DNA of 64,000 nucleotides, from IMG/VR virus record IMGVR_UViG_3300017971_000278, positions 8,248-72,247 of that record; one strand, given 5' to 3'. Under the pieces are notes generated by a model. The model saw nothing but the letters and a program-made list of their open reading frames with translations, was not told the origin of the DNA and searched no databases. Shown piece by piece: positions 50,934 to 59,863 of the stretch (positions are counted from its first letter, which is position 1; the number at the start of each line of letters is the position of its first letter). The translations under genes and the position numbers were made by a program. This DNA is from a virus.

Positions 50934-51452
50934 TTATTTATTCCTGTTGCTTCGTAGCATAGAGCCACCTATATATGCAGCAGAACCAGCGCCAATTGCA
51001 CCCATTGCATATCCACCATATTTATTAACAGCTGCTACGTTATTTCCAATAAATCTATTAGTTGCTACCAGTCCAGCACCGACAGCATTACTTGCTCTAA
51101 AGATAGAACCTCCACCAACACCACCAGCAGCATATCTTCTTGCTCCCATACGAGATCCAGCGCTAGCCATTCTAATTCCGGCTCCGGTTGCTTTACGTGC
51201 CAAATGAGCAATGCTAGTTCTTTGGTTAGCAGTACGTGCAGTATTTCGAATACCGCGACCAGCAGAAACAGTAGCACTGCGAGCAGCAGAAGCACCACGT
51301 CTTGCTAGTTTTCCAGCGTAATAACCGCCTACTCCACCAGCAAGAGCACCAGCTGTGGCACCACCAAGGATATCTCTCATATCCCCGCCTTCCCAGGCTT
51401 TATAGGCACCTCCAGCAGTACCACCGATCATCATTCTTCTCATAAAACCCAT
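50934..51452 (-). CDS. Gly/Ala/Arg-rich protein with glycine-zipper helices (172 aa)
   Basis: GGATAGALAGGVGG; basic central region; AAGGGGTG SD. Confidence 0.65.
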   Translation of the reverse strand: MGFMRRMMIGGTAGGAYKAWEGGDMRDILGGATAGALAGGVGGYYAGKLARRGASAARSATVSAGRGIRNTARTANQRTSIAHLARKATGAGIRMASAGSRMGARRYAAGGVGGGSIFRASNAVGAGLVATNRFIGNNVAAVNKYGGYAMGAIGAGSAAYIGGSMLRSNRNK

Positions 51453-51492
51453 ATATAAACACCCCTTATTTAAAGATACATATACATATTGT

Positions 51493-51501
51493 ATTATACA
51501 C
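51493..51501 (-). promoter_or_regulatory. Candidate -10 promoter GTGTATAAT
   Basis: In the intergenic gap upstream of the 172-aa gene and the TerL operon. Confidence 0.35.
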
Positions 51502-54500
51502 TATTTTGTAGTAGCACTAAATCTACGGTGTTTTCTACCACCGTTATGGGCAGTACGGTAGCCAATACCAACAGCCTCTGTGCTAATCTTACGGAATTTT
51601 TTTATCCTTGCTGTGCGGCGAGGATCTTTAATATGTTTACCAACTGCTGTCTTCTGAGATATCATCTCAGCAGCTTGTGGTTTAATATTACCAGCTACCT
51701 TTGTTTTTGCAAAAGCATCAGCGATTACTTCTGTCCTAGCAGTAGCATTAATAGCAAAATCTGTTTTTGCCATAGAACTAGCGGCCAGTTCAGTTTTACC
51801 AACAAGATTAAAATCTATTTCAGTTTTTCCAGCTATGTTGAAATCAGGTTTTGTTCTAGCAAAATTCAGTGCATCACTTTTGGCCACGCCGGGATTATTT
51901 TTATTATAGTGGCTTATGGCATCTCGTCTTACTTGAATAAGTTTATCAAACTGATTATCTACAGATTGCATTGCATTTTTAACCCATTCAGTATTGGGAT
52001 TTTTAACAACATCAGAAACACCAAGGTCGATAATAGCAACTCTTCCTTTGCCTTTGTCCCACATGATATTTCTATGCGCTATATCTTTATGCAGCACACC
52101 TTTCTTAGCCATCTCTTTTGCTTCTCGACGCGCTTCTGCAATAGCAGAATCAGGTAAACTTATACCTTGTTTATTAATTAACTGAAACGCATCTTTGCCA
52201 GACATTAGCTCCATGTATAATATATCTTTATCAGAACCATACGCTGTAGGAGTAATACCATGTCTACCAGTTTGTTTTAATGCCTTAACTTCTGTTATGA
52301 AACTTTTTTCAATCGGTTCCATAATCATTGGTATGTCCCCAAAATTCTTTCTTGTACTTTCTAGTATTTCTTTTCGGGCATATGAAAACTTCTGACCACC
52401 TACAACTGTTTCATATTGCCAAGTCTCTCCAAAACCACCTTCACCAAGTTTTTTGACTCTTTTGCCTTGTCTAAGAGATTCTTGAAACATTTTGCTTTTA
52501 ATAAGATCGTCTGTATTTTGCCCAAGAGCTTTGGCTAATCCTTTGACGGCATCATATTTAGAACCAAAATCGCTTATGTCTTTTATTGATCTAGCACCAA
52601 GGCTATTTTTTGCTCCAGGATGTAATCCAGGTTTAGAATTATAACTATCGCCTTTCTTTAATCCTTTGTTAATAGACTTGTTGGATTTTAATTTAACATT
52701 GTTAAATACTTCACCATAGATCATAGCTGTTTTCTGTTGGTAATATTGTTTTTTTAAAGCACGTTGTTGTTCAACAAGAACACCACCGCCACCTTTACGT
52801 ATTTTACTTTGTACTCTCCGCAATTCTTTCACGGTATTCATCATTTGTTCTGGTCTTACAGGTCCATAAACATCAATACCTTCACTCTTGCGAAGCAATG
52901 CAGCTACTTCCATTCCTTCTTTGCCAAGCTGTTTCGCGTATTTAGCTTCTTCTTTGATTACTTGTGGCGACCAGTGTGAACCAAATTTCATCTTTGCTAA
53001 CTCTGCAGGATCAGAGCCGAATGCTTTCTTGACACGAGTACCATATTTTACTTCTGCAATTTCATGATAGAGACCTATTTCTTCAAGCGTTTTAGTATAT
53101 CTACTATATTTCTTGCTGCCATATTTAATTCCGCCTTCCTTAAGGACATCGAACGCAAACATTTTTACATTACCAGGATATACAGTTCTGCCTTCGACAA
53201 AAGACAATGGTCCAGCTAATCTCAAACGCTCGGCGTGTGTGGCGATAGCTTCTTTAGAGGCTCCTTTACCAGCAACAGCCGAAACATACTCTTCAATTGT
53301 TTTAACGACAGTAATATCCTCTTGTTTGATAATATTTTTTAAAGAAGGTTTTTTCTTTCTAAATACTTTTCCTACTGTATTAAGCAGTCTACGCCAACCA
53401 GAACCAAACTCAGTTAATTTTTTCCTTGTGTTTTCAGCCATCCCTCCATGGCGAAGACCTTCAATAGTATTGTGCTCATCGTCAGATCCAGAAAATATAT
53501 TATATCCGAGTACTGCTGCAACACCAGCTGTTAGTCCTGCTACTGCCATACTTAGTTTGCTCTTTTTATTTGTTAGTGCATATTTAAGCCTGCTTCCAAC
53601 AAGAGGATTTGAAATATTCCCAAATGATCTTTGGGCTTCAACTATTTTTAATTCTCCTTGTTTTGTAAGTGCAATGTCCAATGCGCTGATTTCATATGGC
53701 AAATATACGGAAGCTTTTGAGGCGAATTTCTCTAGTCTTTGTTTCATTTTTTTATCAAAGACAGGTTCTATAATTTCAAAAGGATTACCTTTAAATTCAC
53801 CTTTGTCGGCCAAATCTTTCATTGCAGTATAGCCAAACTTCTTTATTGTTTCTCGTGTTTTTGGACTGCCGAATCTATATGTTGTATGTATGGGTAGGCC
53901 ACCCGCTGTAACTACACGATACTCTTCAGCAATATCTATTTTTGGTTGAACTAAATATTTTGTTGGGTTCCAGGCAACCTCTTCTTGGATGTCCATAGGA
54001 ACTTTATCCATGTTAAGCCATACACCTTTTCCAAGTGCAGCATAATTTTTCTTTAAGACTATATTCTCTAGGCTACCCCCAGCTCTTTCTAAAAATTCCT
54101 CTGCCGCTTCGTCTCCTATAAAAAATTCACCAGCTGGCATTGTTTCTATATGTAGATTGCTAATTCCACGTTTTTTTAACAGTTCCCAGGTAGCTAACTT
54201 GTCATTGCCAATATCCCAGTTACCAACGTTTAATCCATGTTTTGCAATCTCTTCTATTTTTTCAGATCCAGAATGGACGTATGTAAGACCCTTGAATCCC
54301 TTAACATCACCTAAAGAAGAAGTTGGGTTGATTGGTCCGAAAAGAAGATTCATTGTGCCCCTGGCAACTGGTTTAAGTTTTTTCCTATTTATTCCGGTAA
54401 AATCTTTAAATGCAAATGGGTCGTATGTCCTAAGTCCATGTTTCGTTCCAATCTTTCTCATTCTTTTAAGTTCTGGATACCGTGACATCTCTTTCTTGCT

Positions 54501-55370
54501 AAATGGATATATTAACTTTGAAATGCCTTTGTATGCGCCAAAACCACTAATACCTGCGGCACCCGCACCAACAAAAGAAAACTGTTTAGTTTTTTCTTTA
54601 TTTTCTCCTTGATACCCAGAACCAAAATCAGTTAGCTTTTTCCTAGTGTGTTCAGCCATCCCTCCGTGGCGCAAACCCTCTATAGTATTATATATATTGT
54701 CAAATCCAGTTTTTGCGACTTTTACTGTAGAGTCATATCTGTCTTTTAAAGTATTTTGTACTTCTGTAGAATACTCATCTATATAATCTAAATATTCATA
54801 TGGAAGTTCGCCCATGAGACGTTCTTCCATTGTAGCTGTCTTTCCTTGAATTTTTCCTTTTGCGTAGTAATAAAGCCCAGGTATGCCTTCTGTAATAACA
54901 TGTGGTAAGCCTGCAATAAATTTACCAGCAGTATCGACAAAATCAGATTTTTGTCTTTTGGCTTTTTCAACAAGCATAGTAGAAGAATGATGCTCATCTT
55001 CGTGTATTGTCCAGTTCTCTTTAAATTCATGAAGATGATGTTTTAAATCTAAATGCCTAAAACTTTCTGAAGAAAGCTGGCCAGTTTCTGGGATTGCTAT
55101 TTGTACAGGAAGAAAACCTAATTGACCAAGTTCTTCTTTGTTTATTATTTTTTTAGGTATTAAAATACGTTTGTGGCCGGTACCACTATATACACCATAT
55201 TTATCTAGTGCTTCAGTAAACCATTCAAATTGTTTTTCTAATTTTGCTTTTTTGTCTTCGGCGCTGGCAAATACTGAATCTTCTTCGAATAGACCAGAAG
55301 ATACAGGTTCACTGAATTTATTGGAATAAGATCTTATTGAAGATTTGACTAGGCTTGCAATTGTTGCCAC
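51501..55370 (-). CDS. Polyvalent multi-enzyme protein: His-rich domain + ATP-grasp ligase + HExxE zincin-like domain + Ser/Thr protein kinase (1289 aa)
   Basis: ATP-grasp: NDKLAT, VLKK...GKGV, LVQPKI..EYRV, LDI...IVEAQ. Zincin-like: YHEIAE...SH. Kinase: LGEGGFG, ARKE, EVKAL, HKDIAHRNIM, IIDLG. Confidence 0.8.
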   Translation of the reverse strand: MATIASLVKSSIRSYSNKFSEPVSSGLFEEDSVFASAEDKKAKLEKQFEWFTEALDKYGVYSGTGHKRILIPKKIINKEELGQLGFLPVQIAIPETGQLSSESFRHLDLKHHLHEFKENWTIHEDEHHSSTMLVEKAKRQKSDFVDTAGKFIAGLPHVITEGIPGLYYYAKGKIQGKTATMEERLMGELPYEYLDYIDEYSTEVQNTLKDRYDSTVKVAKTGFDNIYNTIEGLRHGGMAEHTRKKLTDFGSGYQGENKEKTKQFSFVGAGAAGISGFGAYKGISKLIYPFSKKEMSRYPELKRMRKIGTKHGLRTYDPFAFKDFTGINRKKLKPVARGTMNLLFGPINPTSSLGDVKGFKGLTYVHSGSEKIEEIAKHGLNVGNWDIGNDKLATWELLKKRGISNLHIETMPAGEFFIGDEAAEEFLERAGGSLENIVLKKNYAALGKGVWLNMDKVPMDIQEEVAWNPTKYLVQPKIDIAEEYRVVTAGGLPIHTTYRFGSPKTRETIKKFGYTAMKDLADKGEFKGNPFEIIEPVFDKKMKQRLEKFASKASVYLPYEISALDIALTKQGELKIVEAQRSFGNISNPLVGSRLKYALTNKKSKLSMAVAGLTAGVAAVLGYNIFSGSDDEHNTIEGLRHGGMAENTRKKLTEFGSGWRRLLNTVGKVFRKKKPSLKNIIKQEDITVVKTIEEYVSAVAGKGASKEAIATHAERLRLAGPLSFVEGRTVYPGNVKMFAFDVLKEGGIKYGSKKYSRYTKTLEEIGLYHEIAEVKYGTRVKKAFGSDPAELAKMKFGSHWSPQVIKEEAKYAKQLGKEGMEVAALLRKSEGIDVYGPVRPEQMMNTVKELRRVQSKIRKGGGGVLVEQQRALKKQYYQQKTAMIYGEVFNNVKLKSNKSINKGLKKGDSYNSKPGLHPGAKNSLGARSIKDISDFGSKYDAVKGLAKALGQNTDDLIKSKMFQESLRQGKRVKKLGEGGFGETWQYETVVGGQKFSYARKEILESTRKNFGDIPMIMEPIEKSFITEVKALKQTGRHGITPTAYGSDKDILYMELMSGKDAFQLINKQGISLPDSAIAEARREAKEMAKKGVLHKDIAHRNIMWDKGKGRVAIIDLGVSDVVKNPNTEWVKNAMQSVDNQFDKLIQVRRDAISHYNKNNPGVAKSDALNFARTKPDFNIAGKTEIDFNLVGKTELAASSMAKTDFAINATARTEVIADAFAKTKVAGNIKPQAAEMISQKTAVGKHIKDPRRTARIKKFRKISTEAVGIGYRTAHNGGRKHRRFSATTK
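53398..53471 (-). repeat. Intragenic repeat, copy 2 (NTIEGLRHGGMAENTRKKLTEFGSG)
   Basis: 74-nt near-duplicate of 54616-54689, mostly synonymous differences. Confidence 0.9.
54616..54689 (-). repeat. Intragenic repeat, copy 1 (NTIEGLRHGGMAEHTRKKLTDFGSG)
   Basis: Matches 53398-53471; a diverged third copy lies at about 52560-52642. Confidence 0.9.
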
Positions 55371-56170
55371 TATTCATCACTGGTCCAATCAGCGTCTATA
55401 ATTGAAAGGTCTTCTGATACTTTTTCTGCATCAGCTTTAATTTTATCAAGTGATGAGGTATTTTGCGGGAGTTGTTCGTCGCTAAACTTGTCTTTTAGGT
55501 CTGCCAAGAAGGTGGAAGCATCTGTTTCTTCTGACTTTTTAAGGGCTGCAGCTTTTTTCCATTTTTCTCTTCTAGTGGCAGACATTGCTTCTAGAATTGA
55601 CATTCTGTTACGATGGGCTGTTTCTTTTGCGGCCAGCAAAGGATGGAGACTTACTGTCTCTGTGATATTACCATCGCGCTCAATTATGGTACTAGCCAAC
55701 AATGAGGCGTCTTCTGGGTCTCTCGCGCCAGACAAACCAAGATTAGCTCTATAATCAATAAGATCACACTCTATAAGTTTATTAATTAATGTCATCTCTG
55801 ATGGACTCTCCGGGTCTATTACAAGATCCTCCATATAGCTTTTAGTAAGAGATTGTATTAATCTTACCTCGTAAAGACACTGCCTTCCAATGGGCCAATT
55901 TTTTTCGTCGTGAAATGTACATAATTTATTAAAACACTGCTGCCCAGGACAAAGCATTGGAATTGCAGCACTAACACCGTATTTCATACGAACTACACTA
56001 TTTTTAAAAGATAACGCCTGTTCTGGAGTAAAAGTAACATTGCTATAATCAGAAAGATCCGTTTTAAGAAAATTAAAAAAATCTGTTTTTTGTAGCTTAC
56101 CATCAACAAGCTCGTTGCCATCTAATACTAAAAGTTCACCTTTTGGCTTGCCACTACCTGATCCGCCCAT
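55370..56170 (-). CDS. Possible terminase small subunit / Cys-containing DNA-packaging protein (266 aa)
   Basis: Cys cluster (CPGQQC..LC...C); helical LHPLL...LEAMSATRREK oligomerisation-like segment; upstream of the TerL region. Confidence 0.45.
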   Translation of the reverse strand: MGGSGSGKPKGELLVLDGNELVDGKLQKTDFFNFLKTDLSDYSNVTFTPEQALSFKNSVVRMKYGVSAAIPMLCPGQQCFNKLCTFHDEKNWPIGRQCLYEVRLIQSLTKSYMEDLVIDPESPSEMTLINKLIECDLIDYRANLGLSGARDPEDASLLASTIIERDGNITETVSLHPLLAAKETAHRNRMSILEAMSATRREKWKKAAALKKSEETDASTFLADLKDKFSDEQLPQNTSSLDKIKADAEKVSEDLSIIDADWTSDE

Positions 56171-56172
56171 AT

Positions 56173-56757
56173 TTATCTCACTCCTATTGTGTTGACATCG
56201 TGCTTTAAATAAAAATCTTTATATAAACCATTAGAGATTGTACTGTGATTTGTTATTGACTCTCCAGTCATAGCCAAACGTGTACTTGGAACAGTGTGCA
56301 TCATTGGAAGAATAGAGCTAGTAAAAAAGTCTACACGACACATGTCGGTACAGTCTATGCATATAAGATCAGCATCTTGACCGCGAACACCCATATGTGA
56401 TGATGCCTTAAGAATGCGTATGCGTGAACCATTTTTAAAACCTAATTCTTGATATGGTGCCTTGATGCTTCTTGTAATATCATTTTTAAATATTGCACTA
56501 CGATTAATTATATCTTTAACATTATTAAACATTGAATATCTATCGTATGGTGTACACACAATAACTCTAGCATTAGAATTACAAAGTGCTTCGTATAGCG
56601 CCACCCCACAAAGACCAAAAGTCTTGCCCTGTCGTCTAGGTAAAACCAATGCACTTTTTGTACAAATACTAGTGCTTTGTAGGAATTGCAGTTGAGGTCT
56701 CATAAAAGTTACATTTAATTTATTGCTAAATTCATCTATTCCAATTGATCTAGTCAT
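56173..56757 (-). CDS. Stand-alone paralogue of the TerL ATPase domain with a degenerate Walker B (194 aa)
   Basis: PRRQGKT; KAPYQELGFKNGSRIR and RGQDADLICIDCTD align with TerL KAPYYEIKIRNGSRVR and RGQDADDIYVEEMD. Confidence 0.8.
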   Translation of the reverse strand: MTRSIGIDEFSNKLNVTFMRPQLQFLQSTSICTKSALVLPRRQGKTFGLCGVALYEALCNSNARVIVCTPYDRYSMFNNVKDIINRSAIFKNDITRSIKAPYQELGFKNGSRIRILKASSHMGVRGQDADLICIDCTDMCRVDFFTSSILPMMHTVPSTRLAMTGESITNHSTISNGLYKDFYLKHDVNTIGVR

Positions 56758-57230
56758 TATTCGTAATCCGTACTTTTAATAATCCTACCAACTATATTAC
56801 CCCACACATCTCTCATTTGTATTTCATCTTTTGGCATATTATCATCATATTCTATTTTAATATCACTAGCCTTAAATGGTACGGTAGACTGATAATTAAA
56901 TGGCACTGCGCGATCTAATTCTCTAGGATCGCCAACGGTACCACGAATAAAAGCTTCTGCATCAAAATACCTTGCAAATATATAATATGGCATACGTGTA
57001 GTAAAGGCACTAGAGTCTATGGATAACCAACCATTGTTTTCATCGTTGTCTACAATGCTATATGCCACCCCATGTTTAAAATGCAAGAAAGGAACAATAC
57101 AAATAGCAGCTCCACCCTCTGGAATCTTAAATTCACATTTTGAATAATTAGGATGCACGATCCACCAGGACTCGCCTTTGTCACGCGGATACTTTAAAGG
57201 ATCAACATTTAGTATAATTTTATCTTGCAT
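56757..57230 (-). CDS. Hypothetical protein (157 aa)
   Basis: Coupled ORF within the operon. Confidence 0.65.
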   Translation of the reverse strand: MQDKIILNVDPLKYPRDKGESWWIVHPNYSKCEFKIPEGGAAICIVPFLHFKHGVAYSIVDNDENNGWLSIDSSAFTTRMPYYIFARYFDAEAFIRGTVGDPRELDRAVPFNYQSTVPFKASDIKIEYDDNMPKDEIQMRDVWGNIVGRIIKSTDYE

Positions 57231-57809
57231 TTATTTGTGTAGCCTTCCCAGCCAACCATCTGGCAGTTCTGTATAATAATCAAGATTACCCTTGCATTTC
57301 CATACATGGTAATCAGCACCAGTAAATTGTACCAAATCTGGAAACAAATGGCCAGGATTTTCTCTTTTAAAATCAATACGATGCGCACCGTTCTTAATTT
57401 CATACCCATCAAGATAAGGTTCATATGCCCATAGTGCATCTATGCTTTTAGGATGGTTTAAAACAACTTTAGCACCAACAGACCTTAGGTATGGTAAAAC
57501 AACTCTTAAAGAAACTGGGTCTTTTGGTCTATGTATATATCCTTCAATGGGGCGATCTGGAATGTTAATAGCTGACACATGGGCAGTATGTTTCCCTATG
57601 CGCACATCTAGTTCAGCAAACCTAACTGGATAAACACCGAGGTTCCATACTTTATTCATTGTTTTCTTAGATGCTATGTAACTTCCGTGACATCCGACAG
57701 CAATATAATCATATTTTCTTTGTTTTGCCGCCCGACCCAAAATACGAACATATTCATCTCTATATTTAGTACCGTTTCCATTTATATGGGCATGTGACAA
57801 AAACTTCAT
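57231..57809 (-). CDS. PHP-family metal-dependent phosphoesterase (192 aa)
   Basis: HAH, IAVGCH, AE, H, LNHP, DGYEIKNG and GADYH motifs in PHP order. Confidence 0.75.
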   Translation of the reverse strand: MKFLSHAHINGNGTKYRDEYVRILGRAAKQRKYDYIAVGCHGSYIASKKTMNKVWNLGVYPVRFAELDVRIGKHTAHVSAINIPDRPIEGYIHRPKDPVSLRVVLPYLRSVGAKVVLNHPKSIDALWAYEPYLDGYEIKNGAHRIDFKRENPGHLFPDLVQFTGADYHVWKCKGNLDYYTELPDGWLGRLHK

Positions 57810-57812
57810 AGT

Positions 57813-58055
57813 TTATTTCCTCTTCCATTTGAGTACAAACTCATCACAGGTATCACAACAATCTGTAGTTCTTACTTCTACCCATTCGTCGTACTCTTTA
57901 TCAAGCAAATCTTCTAATTGTTCATGTACATAATCTTGTGCGTTATCAAACTTCTCGCCGTGCAAACAAAAGAACAAATCTTGTCCAATATTTACCTCAT
58001 GACAATGTTTACACCACCCACAAGTATTTATGATTTTATGTGTTTCTGGTCTCAT
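57813..58055 (-). CDS. Small Cys-rich protein (80 aa)
   Basis: CGWCKHC...FFC...CDEF; paralogue of 59606-59839. Confidence 0.65.
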   Translation of the reverse strand: MRPETHKIINTCGWCKHCHEVNIGQDLFFCLHGEKFDNAQDYVHEQLEDLLDKEYDEWVEVRTTDCCDTCDEFVLKWKRK

Positions 58056-58262
58056 TTAATCACCATGTTTCATTCTAGTGTATCGTTCTTGAAGAACCTT
58101 GTAGAGATCATCTCTATTTGTTTCTACTATTTGTAGGATATACTCTGCTGTCCAAAAACTAACTAATTTATTGATTCTGTCATATTCCTTTTGTTTTGCG
58201 CAATTACAAGGATTAGGAGTCTCTCCACACTTATCACATATATAGACAGTGGTATCAGTCAT
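58056..58262 (-). CDS. Small zinc-ribbon protein (68 aa)
   Basis: CDKCGETPNPCNC. Confidence 0.6.
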   Translation of the reverse strand: MTDTTVYICDKCGETPNPCNCAKQKEYDRINKLVSFWTAEYILQIVETNRDDLYKVLQERYTRMKHGD

Positions 58263-58698
58263 CTACCTTTACCATGTTTTCTAATACACACATGAAGTTT
58301 TCTACTTTAGCCATCTCATATTCTACATCCTGATGCTTAAACTTTAATCCTGTCATGAATGGTACAATTACGATGCTCCCTTTTTTTAGAGACTCACCGC
58401 ACTCTACATCAGGTCCCATATCAATGACCTGAACATATTTACTCTTCTGCTTGTCTTCTTTGGCACTTTCAGGAATGATTATGAGACTTTCTTTCTTTTT
58501 CTCTTTAATATCGACCTGTTTAGTAAGTACCCATTCTCCCAGTGGTTTCATCATGTTATTCTCCTTTAATTGAAGTCTTTTTAGTTTTTCTAAAAAATTT
58601 TCTTCTTTAAGAATCCGTTCAAGAGTATCTTGTGCTTCCTTTAATTCTCCTGAAAGATCTACTTGTGACATTCCTTTTGGCCCATATAATTGATCCAT
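58255..58698 (-). CDS. groES: GroES/Cpn10 co-chaperonin (canonical start probably 58554; 48-aa in-frame N-terminal extension from 58698)
   Basis: MKPLGEWVL...LIIIPESAKE...VIDMGPDV...KKGSIV; AAGGAG SD before ATG 58554. Confidence 0.85.
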   Translation of the reverse strand: MDQLYGPKGMSQVDLSGELKEAQDTLERILKEENFLEKLKRLQLKENNMMKPLGEWVLTKQVDIKEKKKESLIIIPESAKEDKQKSKYVQVIDMGPDVECGESLKKGSIVIVPFMTGLKFKHQDVEYEMAKVENFMCVLENMVKVDD

Positions 58699-58925
58699 TA
58701 GTTAACTCCATCTTCAGTCGCCAATTGTTTATTACACAGCATGGCAACTTCTTTTAATACTATATCGTATGCCTGCTTAATAAAGTCATGAGCCACCTGT
58801 AACTGATCATCTGGCACATCTTGCAAACTTTCTTTTGTTGGCATATCCTCTTTTAGGACACTATTGTAATGTTGAACAAAATCTACCATTTGTAGAATCT
58901 CATCTTCCATTTTCTTACGATCCAT
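58698..58925 (-). CDS. Hypothetical protein (75 aa)
   Basis: Coupled helical ORF. Confidence 0.6.
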   Translation of the reverse strand: MDRKKMEDEILQMVDFVQHYNSVLKEDMPTKESLQDVPDDQLQVAHDFIKQAYDIVLKEVAMLCNKQLATEDGVN

Positions 58926-59316
58926 CTTTGTCGTCCTTACAATAATTATAAATCTTTACGTTTTTTACACGATCATCTATAAAAATACTATCAAGATTAC
59001 TTTCCAGTTCCTTTATAGTATAATTTTCACAAGTGAACTGTAAAACGCTATCTTTTGCGCTAACTAGATCCAAATCAAAAAACTTAACCTTATGTGCCCT
59101 GTCAAGGTCATCAAAGAAGATTGCCTCTGCATCTTGGGCAAATGTACTACCACAAACATTCTCTTTATATTCTTCATCAGTTAAGACCATGGTAACAGCA
59201 ATTGATGTTTCTTTGGTATCTGTGTCTTTAGTAACAGTCCAAGACAATGTTTTTAATTTACTATCTATGTGTCCATATTTAATGAAAAACCTAATAGTTA
59301 TATATTTTTTATCCAT
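58915..59316 (-). CDS. Hypothetical protein (133 aa)
   Basis: TAATG coupling; GAGGG SD. Confidence 0.65.
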   Translation of the reverse strand: MDKKYITIRFFIKYGHIDSKLKTLSWTVTKDTDTKETSIAVTMVLTDEEYKENVCGSTFAQDAEAIFFDDLDRAHKVKFFDLDLVSAKDSVLQFTCENYTIKELESNLDSIFIDDRVKNVKIYNYCKDDKDGS

Positions 59317-59606
59317 TATTTCCCCTCATAGTGTTTACCAAAGTTATGATACAGCCAATTAATCTCTAGAGCAATCTTTTCTGCTTGATCCTCTAAAAAG
59401 AATGTTTTGGCCATTGCTGCATATCTACAATCTGGCCCATTCTTTTTTATCCAAAACTGGAACTGTTTTAGGAAGGTATTTCTATCGGTCCCCATGGCCT
59501 CTACAAGGTCTACTATCTTAGACAGGACCTTGGGGTCAACGAAGTATAAAAGGTTCTCCCTGAGCGCGGCCAGGCGCAGAAGGGAATCATTTCTTGAGTC
59601 AGTCAT
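59316..59606 (-). CDS. Hypothetical protein (96 aa)
   Basis: TAATG coupling. Confidence 0.65.
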   Translation of the reverse strand: MTDSRNDSLLRLAALRENLLYFVDPKVLSKIVDLVEAMGTDRNTFLKQFQFWIKKNGPDCRYAAMAKTFFLEDQAEKIALEINWLYHNFGKHYEGK

Positions 59607-59839
59607 TAGTTTTCTTTCTTTTTGTAGTTGTCACAATAACCCCATGGTGCTACAGCTCTACCATCTGCCCATCTATCCCATATAAGGAAAGGCATAGTAC
59701 TGTCATCACCATACTGTGGTACTTTAGATTTGTCTATGTTGCAAAAGTATCTAGTTGGAGAAGCCAAGTATCTAACACCAAAAGCATATTTACAATTGCG
59801 ACAGCAATCCGACTCCCTGTAACTTTCAGGTCTTTTCAT
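59606..59839 (-). CDS. Small Cys-rich protein (77 aa)
   Basis: CCRNCK...YFC...YCDNY; AGGTG SD. Confidence 0.65.
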   Translation of the reverse strand: MKRPESYRESDCCRNCKYAFGVRYLASPTRYFCNIDKSKVPQYGDDSTMPFLIWDRWADGRAVAPWGYCDNYKKKEN

Positions 59840-59863
59840 TTGTCACCTATTTTGTTGTTGGAA

